DNA of 64,000 nucleotides from the NCBI GenBank assembly GCA_015067305.1, contig SVMT01000001.1, positions 28,749-92,748 of the forward strand. Direction: 5' to 3'. This DNA comes from Oscillospiraceae bacterium (GTDB taxonomy: Bacteria > Bacillota > Clostridia > Oscillospirales > UBA644). Made by a program: the position numbers and the translations under genes. Shown here one piece after another: positions 42,179-51,940 of this stretch; position 1 is the stretch's first letter; each line of letters begins with the position of its first letter. The notes under the pieces were generated by a model that worked only from the letters and a program-made list of their open reading frames with translations, ran no database searches and was not told the DNA's origin.

Positions 42179-44296
42179 ATGAAAAAGAGAATTTTAAGTT
42201 TGCTTTTGGCGGCGCTTATGTCGGTATCGGCTTTGGCAGCGTGCGATAACGGAGGCGAGCCTGTTGATGATGTGGAAAACTCCGACGGTCAGCAGGTAGT
42301 TCAGGGGGATATTCCCGAAGACCCAAAACCTGAAGATCCAAAACCCGAAGATCCTATAGAATGGATCTCCGATGCAAATACTGTTGTTCTGAATATGGAT
42401 TTGAATTCGGTAAAAGAACCTTTGGAGGTGGAAACTCCTGAAAAAGTTTTGAAGCTTACTGCAAAAAGTGAGGGAGATACTGATTCTAAGCAGCTGATCT
42501 TTTCTTTGCCTGAAGAAATTATTGTCCCTGCAGGCTCTACTTTGGAATATGATGTATATCTTGAAACTGCGGCTGTAGGTATGGGTGTTTTCGACATGAG
42601 GCTTGGCAGTCAGTATATTTCGGCACTGACTTTGGATGCGGCAGGTATCACGAATTACGTGACTACCAATCTCAGCAGTGCTGCTTATGGCCGTTGGTAT
42701 CACAGATTTTTTGATTTACAGAATTCTGAGGCACAAAGTTCCAAGATGTTCCGTTTTTCTGTTGGCGGTTTGACAAACGGCGGCACTAATGTTTGCTATT
42801 TCGATAATATCTGCATAAAAGACAGTAACGGAAATGTGATTTATACTTTTGACGAGGAATTTATTTCAAATTATGAATTAAGACAGAGCGGTGATATTTT
42901 CTGCGATTTTGAGATCGTTGATGATCCTGCACCGTCAGTTGCAAAGCTTTCGGCAGAAGAGATTCCGAATATTTACAGCAATATGGGTGTTGTCGGACAA
43001 GCAGATTCCTTTAAAGCAACATTTACGTTAAATGATGTACTGGCACGGCCGGCTCTTTATGTCGGTGAGTTGGACCAGAGTTCTTCCTGGGGAGTCAGGG
43101 GGCTTGTTCTTATTGCAGAAAGCGGACGTTTGACCCTTTATCGTATAGATGATACTATTCAGGAACTTGCATCAAAAGTTATTTTGGGAATGGATAAAGG
43201 TAGCGAAGTTGGTCTTCAGATTGATGTATATGATGGCGATATTGTTCGTGGATATTGGCTTGACGACATGGAAGGAATTGAACCTTGGCCTGAATTTGAG
43301 CTTCGGGTTGAAGATTGTACCGGAAAGAGTGTCGGAGCTATGGACCTTTATGGCAGAGATACTGTTTTGAATAGTGTGACTGTGGGCGGATGCAGGAAGG
43401 TTGCTTCTGAAGAAACTTATGTGAATTCTGTAAAAGATGATTTAGCTGACCCTGATGTTCTGTACTACGATGGTGTATATTACCTGTATGGAACTATGGG
43501 CCCGGGCTATCAGGTTTTTTCATCTACAGATCTTGTGAATTGGGAACATAGAGGTCAATGTCTTGATCATCCCGGAGCTTGTTGGGCGCCGGACGTTGAA
43601 TATTATAACGGAAAATTCTATATGGCTTGTACTATAGACAGAACTTTGGTTATAGCTGTTGCTGATTCTCCTCTTGGTCCGTTTACTGTTGACCCTGAGC
43701 CTATTATGGGATTTATAACTTTTGACGGACATTTCTTTGTTGACGATGATGGGCAGGCTTATATTTATTACAGTACTGACTATGAGGGCAGACCTTACGG
43801 CATTTACGGGGCTAAATTTGATTTTGAAACAAGAAAGATGGATTATTCTTCTGAAGTTTGTTGCTTTGTGCCCGAATTTGACTGGGAAACATACGGCAAG
43901 GGTGGCTCAGTAGGCGGAAATGAAGTTGTTGAAGGCGCGTATATGGTTAAGCACAACGGACTTTATTATATGACCTATTCGGGTGGTGACTATCAATATA
44001 AAGGGTATGCTGTTGGATACGCTGTGTCTGAATCTCCGCTTGGTCCTTTTGAAAAATATGAGGGTAATCCGATTCACTTGGGAAATACTACTATTCACGG
44101 GACAGCCCATCACTGCTTTACAACTACGCCCGACGGGGAATTGATTATTGTATATCATAAGCATAAGACCTTGACCGAAGTTGAGGTAAGAAGAGTTTGT
44201 GTTGACAAGGCACGATTTGCTCCGACAGAGTCGGGTATCGACAGGTTAGAGACTTACGGTCCGACAACGACACCTCAGCCGATGCCTTTGGGATGA
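42179..44296 (+). CDS. lipoprotein with C-terminal GH43 glycoside hydrolase domain
   Basis: 705-aa ORF with lipobox LSLLLAALMSVSALAAC and a PEDPKPEDPKPEDP linker. The C-terminal half carries the GH43 five-blade signatures ADPDVLYYDGVYYLYGT, CWAPDVEYYNGKFYM, DGHFFVDDDGQAYIYY and EGAYMVKHNGLYYMTYSG. Confidence 0.8.
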   Translation: MKKRILSLLLAALMSVSALAACDNGGEPVDDVENSDGQQVVQGDIPEDPKPEDPKPEDPIEWISDANTVVLNMDLNSVKEPLEVETPEKVLKLTAKSEGDTDSKQLIFSLPEEIIVPAGSTLEYDVYLETAAVGMGVFDMRLGSQYISALTLDAAGITNYVTTNLSSAAYGRWYHRFFDLQNSEAQSSKMFRFSVGGLTNGGTNVCYFDNICIKDSNGNVIYTFDEEFISNYELRQSGDIFCDFEIVDDPAPSVAKLSAEEIPNIYSNMGVVGQADSFKATFTLNDVLARPALYVGELDQSSSWGVRGLVLIAESGRLTLYRIDDTIQELASKVILGMDKGSEVGLQIDVYDGDIVRGYWLDDMEGIEPWPEFELRVEDCTGKSVGAMDLYGRDTVLNSVTVGGCRKVASEETYVNSVKDDLADPDVLYYDGVYYLYGTMGPGYQVFSSTDLVNWEHRGQCLDHPGACWAPDVEYYNGKFYMACTIDRTLVIAVADSPLGPFTVDPEPIMGFITFDGHFFVDDDGQAYIYYSTDYEGRPYGIYGAKFDFETRKMDYSSEVCCFVPEFDWETYGKGGSVGGNEVVEGAYMVKHNGLYYMTYSGGDYQYKGYAVGYAVSESPLGPFEKYEGNPIHLGNTTIHGTAHHCFTTTPDGELIIVYHKHKTLTEVEVRRVCVDKARFAPTESGIDRLETYGPTTTPQPMPLG

Positions 44297-44314
44297 TTTG
44301 TGATTTTGAGTGGA

Positions 44315-44575
44315 ATTTAAAGGAAGAGGGGCTTCTTTTCGCGTGAAAAGAAGCCCCTCTCCCTCAGACCCTCACCCAAGAAAAGCGGATGGGAATAAAT
44401 GCAAAGTGCAAAACGCAGAATGCAAAATTGGTAACACTTGTTTCCGCCAACTCAAACTTAATCTTTGCAAAAAACTTGCTTATTTCGATACGAAGATCTT
44501 TTTGAAGAATCTTGTTTCGGTTTTCTTTTTGAAAGGGTTTAAGGGAAAACTTTTTCTTTTTCCGCGAAAAGAAGA
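44315..44575. repeat. ~260-bp direct repeat, right copy
   Basis: Matches 41786-42045. Hairpin 44322-44363 differs from 41793-41834 by two compensatory base-pair changes. Confidence 0.9.
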
Positions 44576-44636
44576 ATGTTTTTCAGCTACTTGCTTAAAA
44601 AATATTGTGTCATATTCTTAAATTTGAACCCCAAGG

Positions 44637-44703
44637 TCGGTTTTCTTTTTGAAAGGGTTTAAGGGAAAACTTTTTCTTTTTTCGCGAAAAGAAAAAGTTT
44701 TCC
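44637..44703. repeat. third, partial copy of the repeat 3' end with intact R2 hairpin
   Basis: TCGGTTTTCTTTTTGAAAGGGTTTAAG, then GGAAAACTTTTTCTTTT-TTCGCG-AAAAGAAAAAGTTTTCC (17-bp stem). Confidence 0.85.
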
Positions 44704-44804
44704 TTTAGGAGTTTTACATCAATTAAAGTTAAAAGAAAAGTTGCTATGCTGTGCGGCAATTCCCACAAGTTTAGTGTAATATTAAAAAGAAAAGGTGGTT
44801 TGAA

Positions 44805-45485
44805 ATGAAGCGAAATTGGAAAAAAATTATTATTTGTGTGGTAATTATCGGTGCGTGTCTGGCTGTTTTGGGCGGACTGACGTGCCTTGGAATAAATATT
44901 TACGTGCGGAATGTGGTTTCGGAGCGTATTTTGTCTGTTGAAGAGGCGACAGAGCTTGAAGCTGACTGTATTCTTGTTCTGGGCAGCGGTATAAAGCTTG
45001 ACGGAACGCCCGGAAAAGTCCTGACAGACAGGCTTGATAAGGGGCTTGCGCTTTACGAAAGCGGAGCTTCTCCCAAACTCCTGATGTCGGGTGACCACGG
45101 CAGGGTGAATTATGATGAGGTCAACGCAATGAAAAATTACGCTATGGAGCGCGGTGTTGCGTCTGAAGATGTATTTATGGATCACGCAGGGTTCTCAACT
45201 TACGAGAGTATGTACCGTGCGGCGGCGATCTTTGAGGTCGAAAAGACGGTGATCGTTTCCCAGAAATATCACCTTTACCGTTCAATTTACAACGCCCTCA
45301 GCATGGGCATTGATGCGTACGGGGTGGCTTCTGATCTGGAAAGCTATCGTGGCAGTTTTTCCCGTGAGATCAGAGAATGCCTTGCGATCGTAAAGGATTT
45401 CTTTTATTGTATTTTTCAGCCGAAACCCACGTATCTCGGCGATGTGATCCCCGTCAGCGGTAATGGCGATCTGACGAATGGGTAG
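44805..45485 (+). CDS. SanA/YdcF (DUF218) family protein
   Basis: 226-aa ORF with an N-terminal TM, then ADCILVLGSGIKLDGTPGKVLTDRLDKGLALYESGASPKLLMSGDHG...VIVSQKYHLYRS. Confidence 0.78.
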   Translation: MKRNWKKIIICVVIIGACLAVLGGLTCLGINIYVRNVVSERILSVEEATELEADCILVLGSGIKLDGTPGKVLTDRLDKGLALYESGASPKLLMSGDHGRVNYDEVNAMKNYAMERGVASEDVFMDHAGFSTYESMYRAAAIFEVEKTVIVSQKYHLYRSIYNALSMGIDAYGVASDLESYRGSFSREIRECLAIVKDFFYCIFQPKPTYLGDVIPVSGNGDLTNG

Positions 45486-45509
45486 AGTTGTAAATATGGT
45501 ATTTTTTGG

Positions 45510-45568
45510 CGGGAAAACCATTTTTTGAAAAAATAGGTTTTCCCGAACCCTTTCCAAAAAAACTTTAG
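45510..45568. repeat. R1 REP-like hairpin element
   Basis: CGGGAAAACCATTTTTTGAAAAAATAGGTTTTCCCGAACCCTTTCCAAAAAAACTTTAG. Confidence 0.85.
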
Positions 45569-45655
45569 TGAAGCATTTTCAATGCTTCGGGGGTGGAATT
45601 CTGTATTGGAGATACACTTGTCAGCAGCAGAAGTCGGGAAAAGTGTTTGATTTTG

Positions 45656-45664
45656 TGCTATAAT
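45656..45664 (+). promoter_or_regulatory. extended -10 promoter (TGCTATAAT) heading a hairpin-rich leader toward M135 copy 2
   Basis: TGC+TATAAT is followed by GATTATCGAAAGTCGAAA, which resembles the M135 left end (GATTATAGAAATTCGAAA). The -35 is poor. Confidence 0.45.
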
Positions 45665-45771
45665 GATTATCGAAAGTCGAAACGCTAAACCGTTTCGACA
45701 AGCCGATAAAATCGGCTTTTGTTAATTCAAATTGTTATCAATTTGAATTAACTCGACATTCATTGAAATGA

Positions 45772-45912
45772 GTATAGACAAATTTTCAAGGAAAATTTGA
45801 TGGGATTGGCTCTTTTAGCACTAACTAGGCTGTTTAAGCACCTTTAAAATGGAGCCAACCCTATTGAAATACAACCTTTCAGGTTGTATTTCGAATTTCT
45901 ATAATCATTATA
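45772..45912. repeat. M135 module copy 2 (inverted relative to copy 1)
   Basis: Reverse complement of 23494-23628 with 3 substitutions and a 14-nt insertion that creates an extra hairpin (45866-45890). The right TIR TCTATAATCATTATA (45898-45912) is intact; the left end has degenerated to AGTATAGA. Confidence 0.85.
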
Positions 45913-45937
45913 ATATTACTGTAAGGAGGGAAAGGAA

Positions 45938-46852
45938 ATGGATTGGATTTCGGGAATACAAAAGGCAATAGATTACATTGAGGAAAATTTGACGGAAGAG
46001 CTGGACTATGGAGAAATTGCAAAACGCAGTTTTTCTTCGGAATTCCACTTTCAAAGAGTTTTCAGTCTGTTAAGCGGTTACACTTTAGGTGAATATATAC
46101 GAAACCGACGTTTAACTTTAGCGGGAGCAGAGCTTAGCAAGGGAGAAATCAAGGTGATTGATGCGGCGTTGAAATACGGCTATGAAAATCCTGACAGCTT
46201 CGCCAGAGCCTTTTTGAAATTCCACGGTATTTTGCCGTCGGCGGCGCGCGAACCGGGGGCGAAACTCCGTTCTTTTGCCCGACTGAACATCAAAATTACT
46301 TTGGAAGGCGGTAACACTATGGATTACAGAATCGAAAACAAGCCGGAAATGATTTTGACCGGATACAAAAGAAGATTTACAGGCGTGCCTTTTGGCGAGG
46401 AGCGTTCGGAACAAGAGGGTGAGATGTTCATGACTACGAGAGCTGGGCAATGGCTGCTTTTCGGTGCTTCTAAGGAGCGCAACGGCTGGTACTGCGTGGT
46501 TGACAATGTTGATGATGATGGGTACGATTTTTACATTGCGGCGGCGCTTGATGAGTTTGACAGGGAAACCATTGAAAATCCTAAAGAAACGGGTATTGAT
46601 GGGCTGATGGAACTTTTTGAGCTGGAACATTTTACCGTGCCTGCGGCGACTTATGCGGTCTTCAGAACGAAGCCTCAGAGACGTCCGACGGGGGAATATC
46701 TTGACATAAGGCAGAGAATCGTGACGGAGTGGCTGCCGAGTTCCGGGTATAAATTTGCGGCTGCGCCTGAAATTGCGTACTACCGTCAGACTCCCATTGA
46801 CGAGAATCGGAATAGGTATATTGAGATTTGGATGCCTGTGGAGAAATCGTAA
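45938..46852 (+). CDS. AraC-family transcriptional regulator with GyrI-like effector-binding domain
   Basis: 304-aa ORF with N-terminal HTH pair (FHFQRVFSLLSGYTLGEYIRNRRL, YGYENPDSFARAFLKFHG) and a C-terminal GyrI-like fold pattern (IENKPEMILTGY..., YIEIWMPV). Confidence 0.88.
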   Translation: MDWISGIQKAIDYIEENLTEELDYGEIAKRSFSSEFHFQRVFSLLSGYTLGEYIRNRRLTLAGAELSKGEIKVIDAALKYGYENPDSFARAFLKFHGILPSAAREPGAKLRSFARLNIKITLEGGNTMDYRIENKPEMILTGYKRRFTGVPFGEERSEQEGEMFMTTRAGQWLLFGASKERNGWYCVVDNVDDDGYDFYIAAALDEFDRETIENPKETGIDGLMELFELEHFTVPAATYAVFRTKPQRRPTGEYLDIRQRIVTEWLPSSGYKFAAAPEIAYYRQTPIDENRNRYIEIWMPVEKS

Positions 46853-46861
46853 TCATAAATT

Positions 46862-46921
46862 ACGAGTTTTGGAGATAGGGCGCGGGGGAAGAACCTTGTT
46901 TTTAAAAGGTTCTTCCCCCGC
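46862..46921. terminator. R1-type hairpin between convergent araC-type gene and pfk
   Basis: ACGAGTTTTGGAGATAGGGC, then GCGGGGGAAGAACC-12 nt-GGTTCTTCCCCCGC (14-bp stem). Confidence 0.7.
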
Positions 46922-46939
46922 ATTTATGCAGTAAAAATT

Positions 46940-48175
46940 TTATTTAATTACAAAATGCTTTGGTACGCCGTGGACTTTTGGAATTTCGATTTCGCCCTCG
47001 ATGAGTGGAGCGAGGACTCTCAGGAAGTCGTCGGAGACATTATTTGAACGCTCGTTGATGTATTTTGTATCGACTTTGCGGATCTTGTTTGCGACCGCTT
47101 CGACGGGAACGGGGACTATTCTGACTTTATATTCGTCGCTGTTCTCTCTTTTGAAAACGGGAATTATTCCGCTTTCGCCTTTGGTTGCAAGGGCAACGGC
47201 TTCTTTGCCCACAAGTATGGATTCGTCGATGTCGCATTTTGAGAGCAAGTGACCTGAACATCTCTGCGGCAAGCTGAGTTCGATTGAGCGAACTTTGCAG
47301 CCGATCCTGCGGCGAACGTAATTTTCCAGAATTTTACCTGCACCTGCAAGGTATTTATGTCCGAAATTGTCTATAAGTCCGCTTTGGGTGCCGTCGCCCA
47401 CATAACGTCCGTATTCGTCCTTTATGCCCTCGGAAACAGCAACAACGATATTTGGCTTTGTTTTTTGAAGCTCTATGATGTCGTCGATGAAACAGTCGTA
47501 GTCAAAAGGCGCTTCGGGAAGATAGACAAGATCTGCGGTGCTTTGACCGTAAAGGCGGGGGATTGCCGCAGAAGCCGCAAGCCAGCCTGCATCTCTGCCC
47601 ATGATCTCGACTATTGTTACGGCAGGAACGATGTAAACGGAGCAGTCTCTGGCAATTTCGGAAACGGCGGTGGCAACGTATTTTGCCGCAGAACCGAAGC
47701 CCGGTGTATGGTCTGTCAATTCAAGGTCATTGTCGATCGTCTTGGGTACGCCGATTATCCGAATTTCGTAATCCGTAATTTCTGCGTAAGCGGAGAGTTT
47801 TGCGACTGTGTCCATGGAGTCGTTGCCGCCGATGAGAAATACGTAACGGATATCGTGTTTTTTGAAAACGGAAAAGATCTTTTCGTAAACTTCAGTCTCT
47901 TCCGGTGGGGGAAGCTTGTGTCTGCATGAACCCAGCGCTGCGGCAGGGGTACACTCAAGGGTATAAAAATCATCTTCTGTTTGGAGAATTTCGCGCATAT
48001 TTACAAAATCTTCGTTCATTATGCCTACGATTCCGTGTTTTGCGCCGAAAATTTCCTTGATCTCATTATGTTCCATTGCCCCTTTGACGACTCCTGCAAG
48101 AGTTGCGTTTATAGCCGCCGTAGGGCCTCCTGACTGTCCGATGACAGCGTTTCCCGTAAGTGTACTTTCAGACAT
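46940..48175 (-). CDS. pfk: 6-phosphofructokinase (ATP- or PPi-dependent type not resolved)
   Basis: 411-aa ORF with IGQSGGPTAAINA, FLIGGNDSMDT, GVPKTIDNDL and VEIMGRDAGWLA. Confidence 0.88.
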   Translation of the reverse strand: MSESTLTGNAVIGQSGGPTAAINATLAGVVKGAMEHNEIKEIFGAKHGIVGIMNEDFVNMREILQTEDDFYTLECTPAAALGSCRHKLPPPEETEVYEKIFSVFKKHDIRYVFLIGGNDSMDTVAKLSAYAEITDYEIRIIGVPKTIDNDLELTDHTPGFGSAAKYVATAVSEIARDCSVYIVPAVTIVEIMGRDAGWLAASAAIPRLYGQSTADLVYLPEAPFDYDCFIDDIIELQKTKPNIVVAVSEGIKDEYGRYVGDGTQSGLIDNFGHKYLAGAGKILENYVRRRIGCKVRSIELSLPQRCSGHLLSKCDIDESILVGKEAVALATKGESGIIPVFKRENSDEYKVRIVPVPVEAVANKIRKVDTKYINERSNNVSDDFLRVLAPLIEGEIEIPKVHGVPKHFVIK

Positions 48176-48190
48176 TTGATCAGATCCTTT

Positions 48191-48820
48191 TTATTTATTC
48201 TTCTTGTTTTTCAGCTTATACATAATATAAATTGAAGCGATTACAATTGCAATGATTCCAAGTAGTATCCAACCGAAAGCGCCCATTTCGCTCATGAGTT
48301 TGTCAATGAGTGGCAAGTTGTCGCCAAGCAGGTATCCGATGAGGGCATAGACGAAGCTTCCAAGAAATCCCACGGCAATGAGGATAGTATAGACCCTTTT
48401 TCTGTGGACCTTGGAAATTCCGAAGGCAACTATAGTTATAACCTGCATTGTGGGCACGAAGCGGAGAATGAAAAATGAGATCCCGCCGTATTTTGCCAGC
48501 TTTTCCTGAGCATTGTCAAGGTTTTTGCCTTCGATCATGCTTTGGACAAACTTCAGTTTTTTTGCCTTTTCGCCTAAAAACAGGCAAAGCTCATAAAGGG
48601 CGCAGGAGCCGACCATTGCACCGAGGGCGTAGGCGATGAACATTTGCAAGCCAAGAAAAATATCGGAACTTGAAATTACACCGATCGCCACAAGCAGGGT
48701 GTCAGACGGTACAGGTGGGAAAAAATACTGCAAAACCGCCATAAAAAACATGACGGCACAGACGATTATCGGATGGATGATGTCGATAAGTTCAGTAATT
48801 CGGCTTAATGTTTCTTCCAT
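48191..48820 (-). CDS. DedA/VTT-domain membrane protein
   Basis: 209-aa multi-TM ORF with FFPPVPSDTLLVAIG, a typical DedA motif region. Confidence 0.72.
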   Translation of the reverse strand: MEETLSRITELIDIIHPIIVCAVMFFMAVLQYFFPPVPSDTLLVAIGVISSSDIFLGLQMFIAYALGAMVGSCALYELCLFLGEKAKKLKFVQSMIEGKNLDNAQEKLAKYGGISFFILRFVPTMQVITIVAFGISKVHRKRVYTILIAVGFLGSFVYALIGYLLGDNLPLIDKLMSEMGAFGWILLGIIAIVIASIYIMYKLKNKKNK

Positions 48821-49713
48821 TTATTGCACTTCTCCAGTCTTTCTTCGGCAGTGCAGAGTCCAATGGTGTGCTCAATTTTCATAAAGGTGTCGCAGGGGAA
48901 GCTTTCGCAGTTTCCGCAGTGAGCAATGCCTTGTTTTTTGATACATTTTTTGATTTCGCAAGCGCCTGTTGGCAGGGGATTTTCGCCGGGGAGTCCGTTA
49001 CAGCCGTTGCAGGTCTTGCCGAATTTTTCGCATCCGCTTGCAGAGCAGACTATACCGCAGGAAGATTCAATGGGTTCAAAAATTCTGCCTTCACGGGGCT
49101 TGAAATTCTTGTCGGGACGAGCCTTTACGTGGTAAATGGGCTGACCAAGTTCGGTGAAGCGAATCTCGTACTCGGTCATGGAAAAATTGAAGATCCCGCT
49201 GTTGTGCAGGTCTTCGGTGTAGTCGAAGATCTCGTAGCCGTTGGTCTGAAGCTCTTCAACGGTGAAGTCGAAAAGAAGCTTATTATCGGTTTTAACTGCC
49301 AAAATTCCGTCGGGCTTGAGGATCCTTCTGTATTTTTCCAAAAATCCGCGGCTGGTCAGGCGGCGTTTCGCGTCTCTTCTCTTTGGCCATGGGTCTGAGA
49401 AATTAAGGAAAAGCATATCAACGCAATCGGAGGGGCAGATCTTATCGAGGGTTTCGGCATCACCGAGAATAAATTTAAGGTTGTCCGAGCCTGCTTCAGC
49501 TGCTTTTTCAGCGGCAATTACCATAACGTCGGGGACTTTTTCAAGTGCGAAGTAGTCACAGTCGCCCTGAGCAGCAGTTTCAACGGCAAATTTCCCCTTT
49601 CCGCAACCGATCTCAAGCCACAGAGGGCGGTCGCCAACGACGATTTCTTCAGTTATGTATTCCGCACATTTTTCGAGGCGGGGAGTTGTGTTCTTCTTTT
49701 TTCTTGCTCTCAT
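48805..49713 (-). CDS. trmB: tRNA (guanine-N7)-methyltransferase fused to a Cys-rich C-terminal domain
   Basis: 302-aa ORF with LEIGCGKGKF (SAM motif), FLNFSDPWPKRRDAKRRL and a C-terminal ~90 aa carrying 12 Cys (CNGCNG..., CGNCESFPC), DUF3795-like. Confidence 0.82.
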   Translation of the reverse strand: MRARKKKNTTPRLEKCAEYITEEIVVGDRPLWLEIGCGKGKFAVETAAQGDCDYFALEKVPDVMVIAAEKAAEAGSDNLKFILGDAETLDKICPSDCVDMLFLNFSDPWPKRRDAKRRLTSRGFLEKYRRILKPDGILAVKTDNKLLFDFTVEELQTNGYEIFDYTEDLHNSGIFNFSMTEYEIRFTELGQPIYHVKARPDKNFKPREGRIFEPIESSCGIVCSASGCEKFGKTCNGCNGLPGENPLPTGACEIKKCIKKQGIAHCGNCESFPCDTFMKIEHTIGLCTAEERLEKCNKWKKH

Positions 49714-49748
49714 GATAGTATTTTCCTTTTATAATAAAATTTTACGTT

Positions 49749-49808
49749 GCGGAGAAACCATTTTTTGTAAAAATAGGTTTCCCCGAACCCTTTCCAAAAA
49801 AACTTTTG
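49749..49808. repeat. R1 REP-like hairpin element
   Basis: GCGGAGAAACCATTTTTTGTAAAAATAGGTTTCCCCGAACCCTTTCCAAAAAAACTTTTG. Confidence 0.85.
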
Positions 49809-50016
49809 CTGTGCTTCGCACAAGTTTGATTTTATGAATTGTTGTGTGGGATGGCGGGTTTGTTTTGATTTTTAAGTAAGACCCCAAAGTCGGTTTTCTT
49901 TGGAAGGTGCGGAAGCCTTTCTTTTTCCGCATAAAGAGAGGTTGATTTTTTCAATAAATAATTTCGGTGCAATTAAGATTTTTTCATCCCTCCAAAATCG
50001 GTTTTCTTTGGAAGGT

Positions 50017-50056
50017 GCGGAAACCTTTCTTTTTCCGCGAAAAGAAAGGTTTCCGC
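50017..50056. terminator. R2 hairpin just 3' of mnmG
   Basis: GCGGAAACCTTTCTTTT-TCCGCG-AAAAGAAAGGTTTCCGC (17-bp stem). A truncated direct copy of its left half and 5' flank lies at 49876-49930. Confidence 0.7.
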
Positions 50057-50065
50057 TAAAAAGTC

Positions 50066-51925
50066 TTAAATATATTTAAAATAAACCAAAAGAACGGCAA
50101 CGTCGGCGGGGCTGACGCCTGAAATTCTGCCTGCCTGACCGATATTTTCCGGCTTCTGTTTGTTCAGTTTCTGAATTGCTTCGAGGCGTAAGCCTTTGAT
50201 CTCGTTGTAGTCGAAATCGTGGGGGAGACGCTTTACTTCAAGCTTTTTGAACTGCTCGACCTGCTGAAGCTGTTTTTGAATGTAGCCTTCGTATTTTACG
50301 AGAATTTCCGCTTCTTCCGTCACGCTGTAGGGAAGTTCGGGGCGATTCTTGTCCACGGGAGTTAAGTCTTCATAAGAAATTTCAGGTCGGCGGAGAAGTG
50401 CCGCAAGGGCTGCACCTTCTTTGGGTGATGTGGTTCCGCATTTTGCCATGATCTGATTCAGTTCTTCGCTTGCGGGAACATGAGTTGCGTTGAGACGCTT
50501 GACCTCTTTTTTTATTTTCTCCTGTTTTTCAAGGAATTTTGCATATCTTTCTTCGGAAATAAGTCCCAATTCGTGTCCGATTGGAGTGAGACGAGCATCG
50601 GCGTTATCCTGACGGAGCAAAAGTCTGTATTCGGAACGGGAAGTCATCATTCGATAGGGTTCGGGTGTGCCCTTGATGACCAAATCATCAATAAGCGTGC
50701 CGATGTAGGAAGTGCTTCTGTCAAGCTCAAGGGGCTCTTTGCCGAGAATTTTCTGCGCCGCATTTATGCCTGCGATGAGTCCCTGTGCCGCAGCTTCCTC
50801 ATAGCCGGAAGTTCCATTGAACTGACCTGCTCCGTAAAGTCCCGGAATTTCTTTGAATTCCAGTGTGTGGCGGAGCTGTGTTGGGTCGATGCAGTCGTAT
50901 TCGATTGCGTAACCGATTCGCATAATTTCCGCATTTTCAAAGCCTTTCAGAGAGTGGATCATCTCTATCTGAACATCTTCGGGAAGGGACGAGGACATAC
51001 CCTGCAGGTACATTTCCTCCGTGTCCTTGCCCATAGGCTCAAGGAAGAGCTGATGACGCTCTTTGTCTGCAAAACGGACGATCTTGTCCTCTATGCTGGG
51101 GCAATAGCGTGGTCCGACACCGTGGATATCTCCCGAATAAAGGGGTGAACGGTGGAGGTTGTCCTTGATTATCTGATGTGTTTTTTCGTTTGTATATAAA
51201 AGCCAACATGGCTCTGTGTTTTCACCGATGTATTTATCTTCATTTTCAAAGGAACAAGGAGTGATTTTTTCGTCACCGTACTGTGGTTCGAGCTGTGTAA
51301 GGTCAACGGAACGGCGGTTTATTCGTGAGGGGGTACCTGTCTTGAATCGGAGAATGTTTATGCCCATATTTTCGAGGCATTTTGTAAGGGACATTGCCGC
51401 AAACATGCCGTCGGGACCGCCTGAATAGGACACGGGACCAACGATAATTCGACCTTGCAAGTATGTTCCGCTGCAAATTATAGCGGCTTTTACGTTATAT
51501 TCTGCACCTAAATGGGTAATAACTGAGGAGACCCTACCATCTGTGAGCTTGATTTCCGTGATTTCAGCCTGTTTGAGGGTCAGGTTTTCCTGTTTTTCAA
51601 GGGTCTGCTTCATAATTTTCTGGTATTCGCGTCTGTCCGCCTGGATTCTGAGCGAATGAACCGCAGGACCTTTGCCTCTGTTGAGCATTCTGTTCTGTAG
51701 GAAAATTCTGTCGGCAGCTTTACCCATTTCGCCGCCGAGAGCGTCAATTTCGCGCACCAAATGCCCCTTCGCCGTACCGCCGATGGAGGGGTTGCAGGGC
51801 ATATTGCCCACTGCGTCCATATTTATTGTGAAAAGAATGACTTTAAGTCCAAGTCTTGCCGCAGAAAGTGCCGCTTCGATTCCTGCGTGACCTGCGCCGA
51901 TTACGGCAATATCAAATGTGTTCAA
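50066..51925 (-). CDS. mnmG: tRNA uridine 5-carboxymethylaminomethyl modification enzyme MnmG
   Basis: 619-aa ORF with [16 protein letters not shown] (FAD motif), [11 protein letters not shown] and [16 protein letters not shown]. Confidence 0.96.
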   Translation of the reverse strand: MNTFDIAVIGAGHAGIEAALSAARLGLKVILFTINMDAVGNMPCNPSIGGTAKGHLVREIDALGGEMGKAADRIFLQNRMLNRGKGPAVHSLRIQADRREYQKIMKQTLEKQENLTLKQAEITEIKLTDGRVSSVITHLGAEYNVKAAIICSGTYLQGRIIVGPVSYSGGPDGMFAAMSLTKCLENMGINILRFKTGTPSRINRRSVDLTQLEPQYGDEKITPCSFENEDKYIGENTEPCWLLYTNEKTHQIIKDNLHRSPLYSGDIHGVGPRYCPSIEDKIVRFADKERHQLFLEPMGKDTEEMYLQGMSSSLPEDVQIEMIHSLKGFENAEIMRIGYAIEYDCIDPTQLRHTLEFKEIPGLYGAGQFNGTSGYEEAAAQGLIAGINAAQKILGKEPLELDRSTSYIGTLIDDLVIKGTPEPYRMMTSRSEYRLLLRQDNADARLTPIGHELGLISEERYAKFLEKQEKIKKEVKRLNATHVPASEELNQIMAKCGTTSPKEGAALAALLRRPEISYEDLTPVDKNRPELPYSVTEEAEILVKYEGYIQKQLQQVEQFKKLEVKRLPHDFDYNEIKGLRLEAIQKLNKQKPENIGQAGRISGVSPADVAVLLVYFKYI

Positions 51926-51940
51926 ATTTTTCGACCCTCG

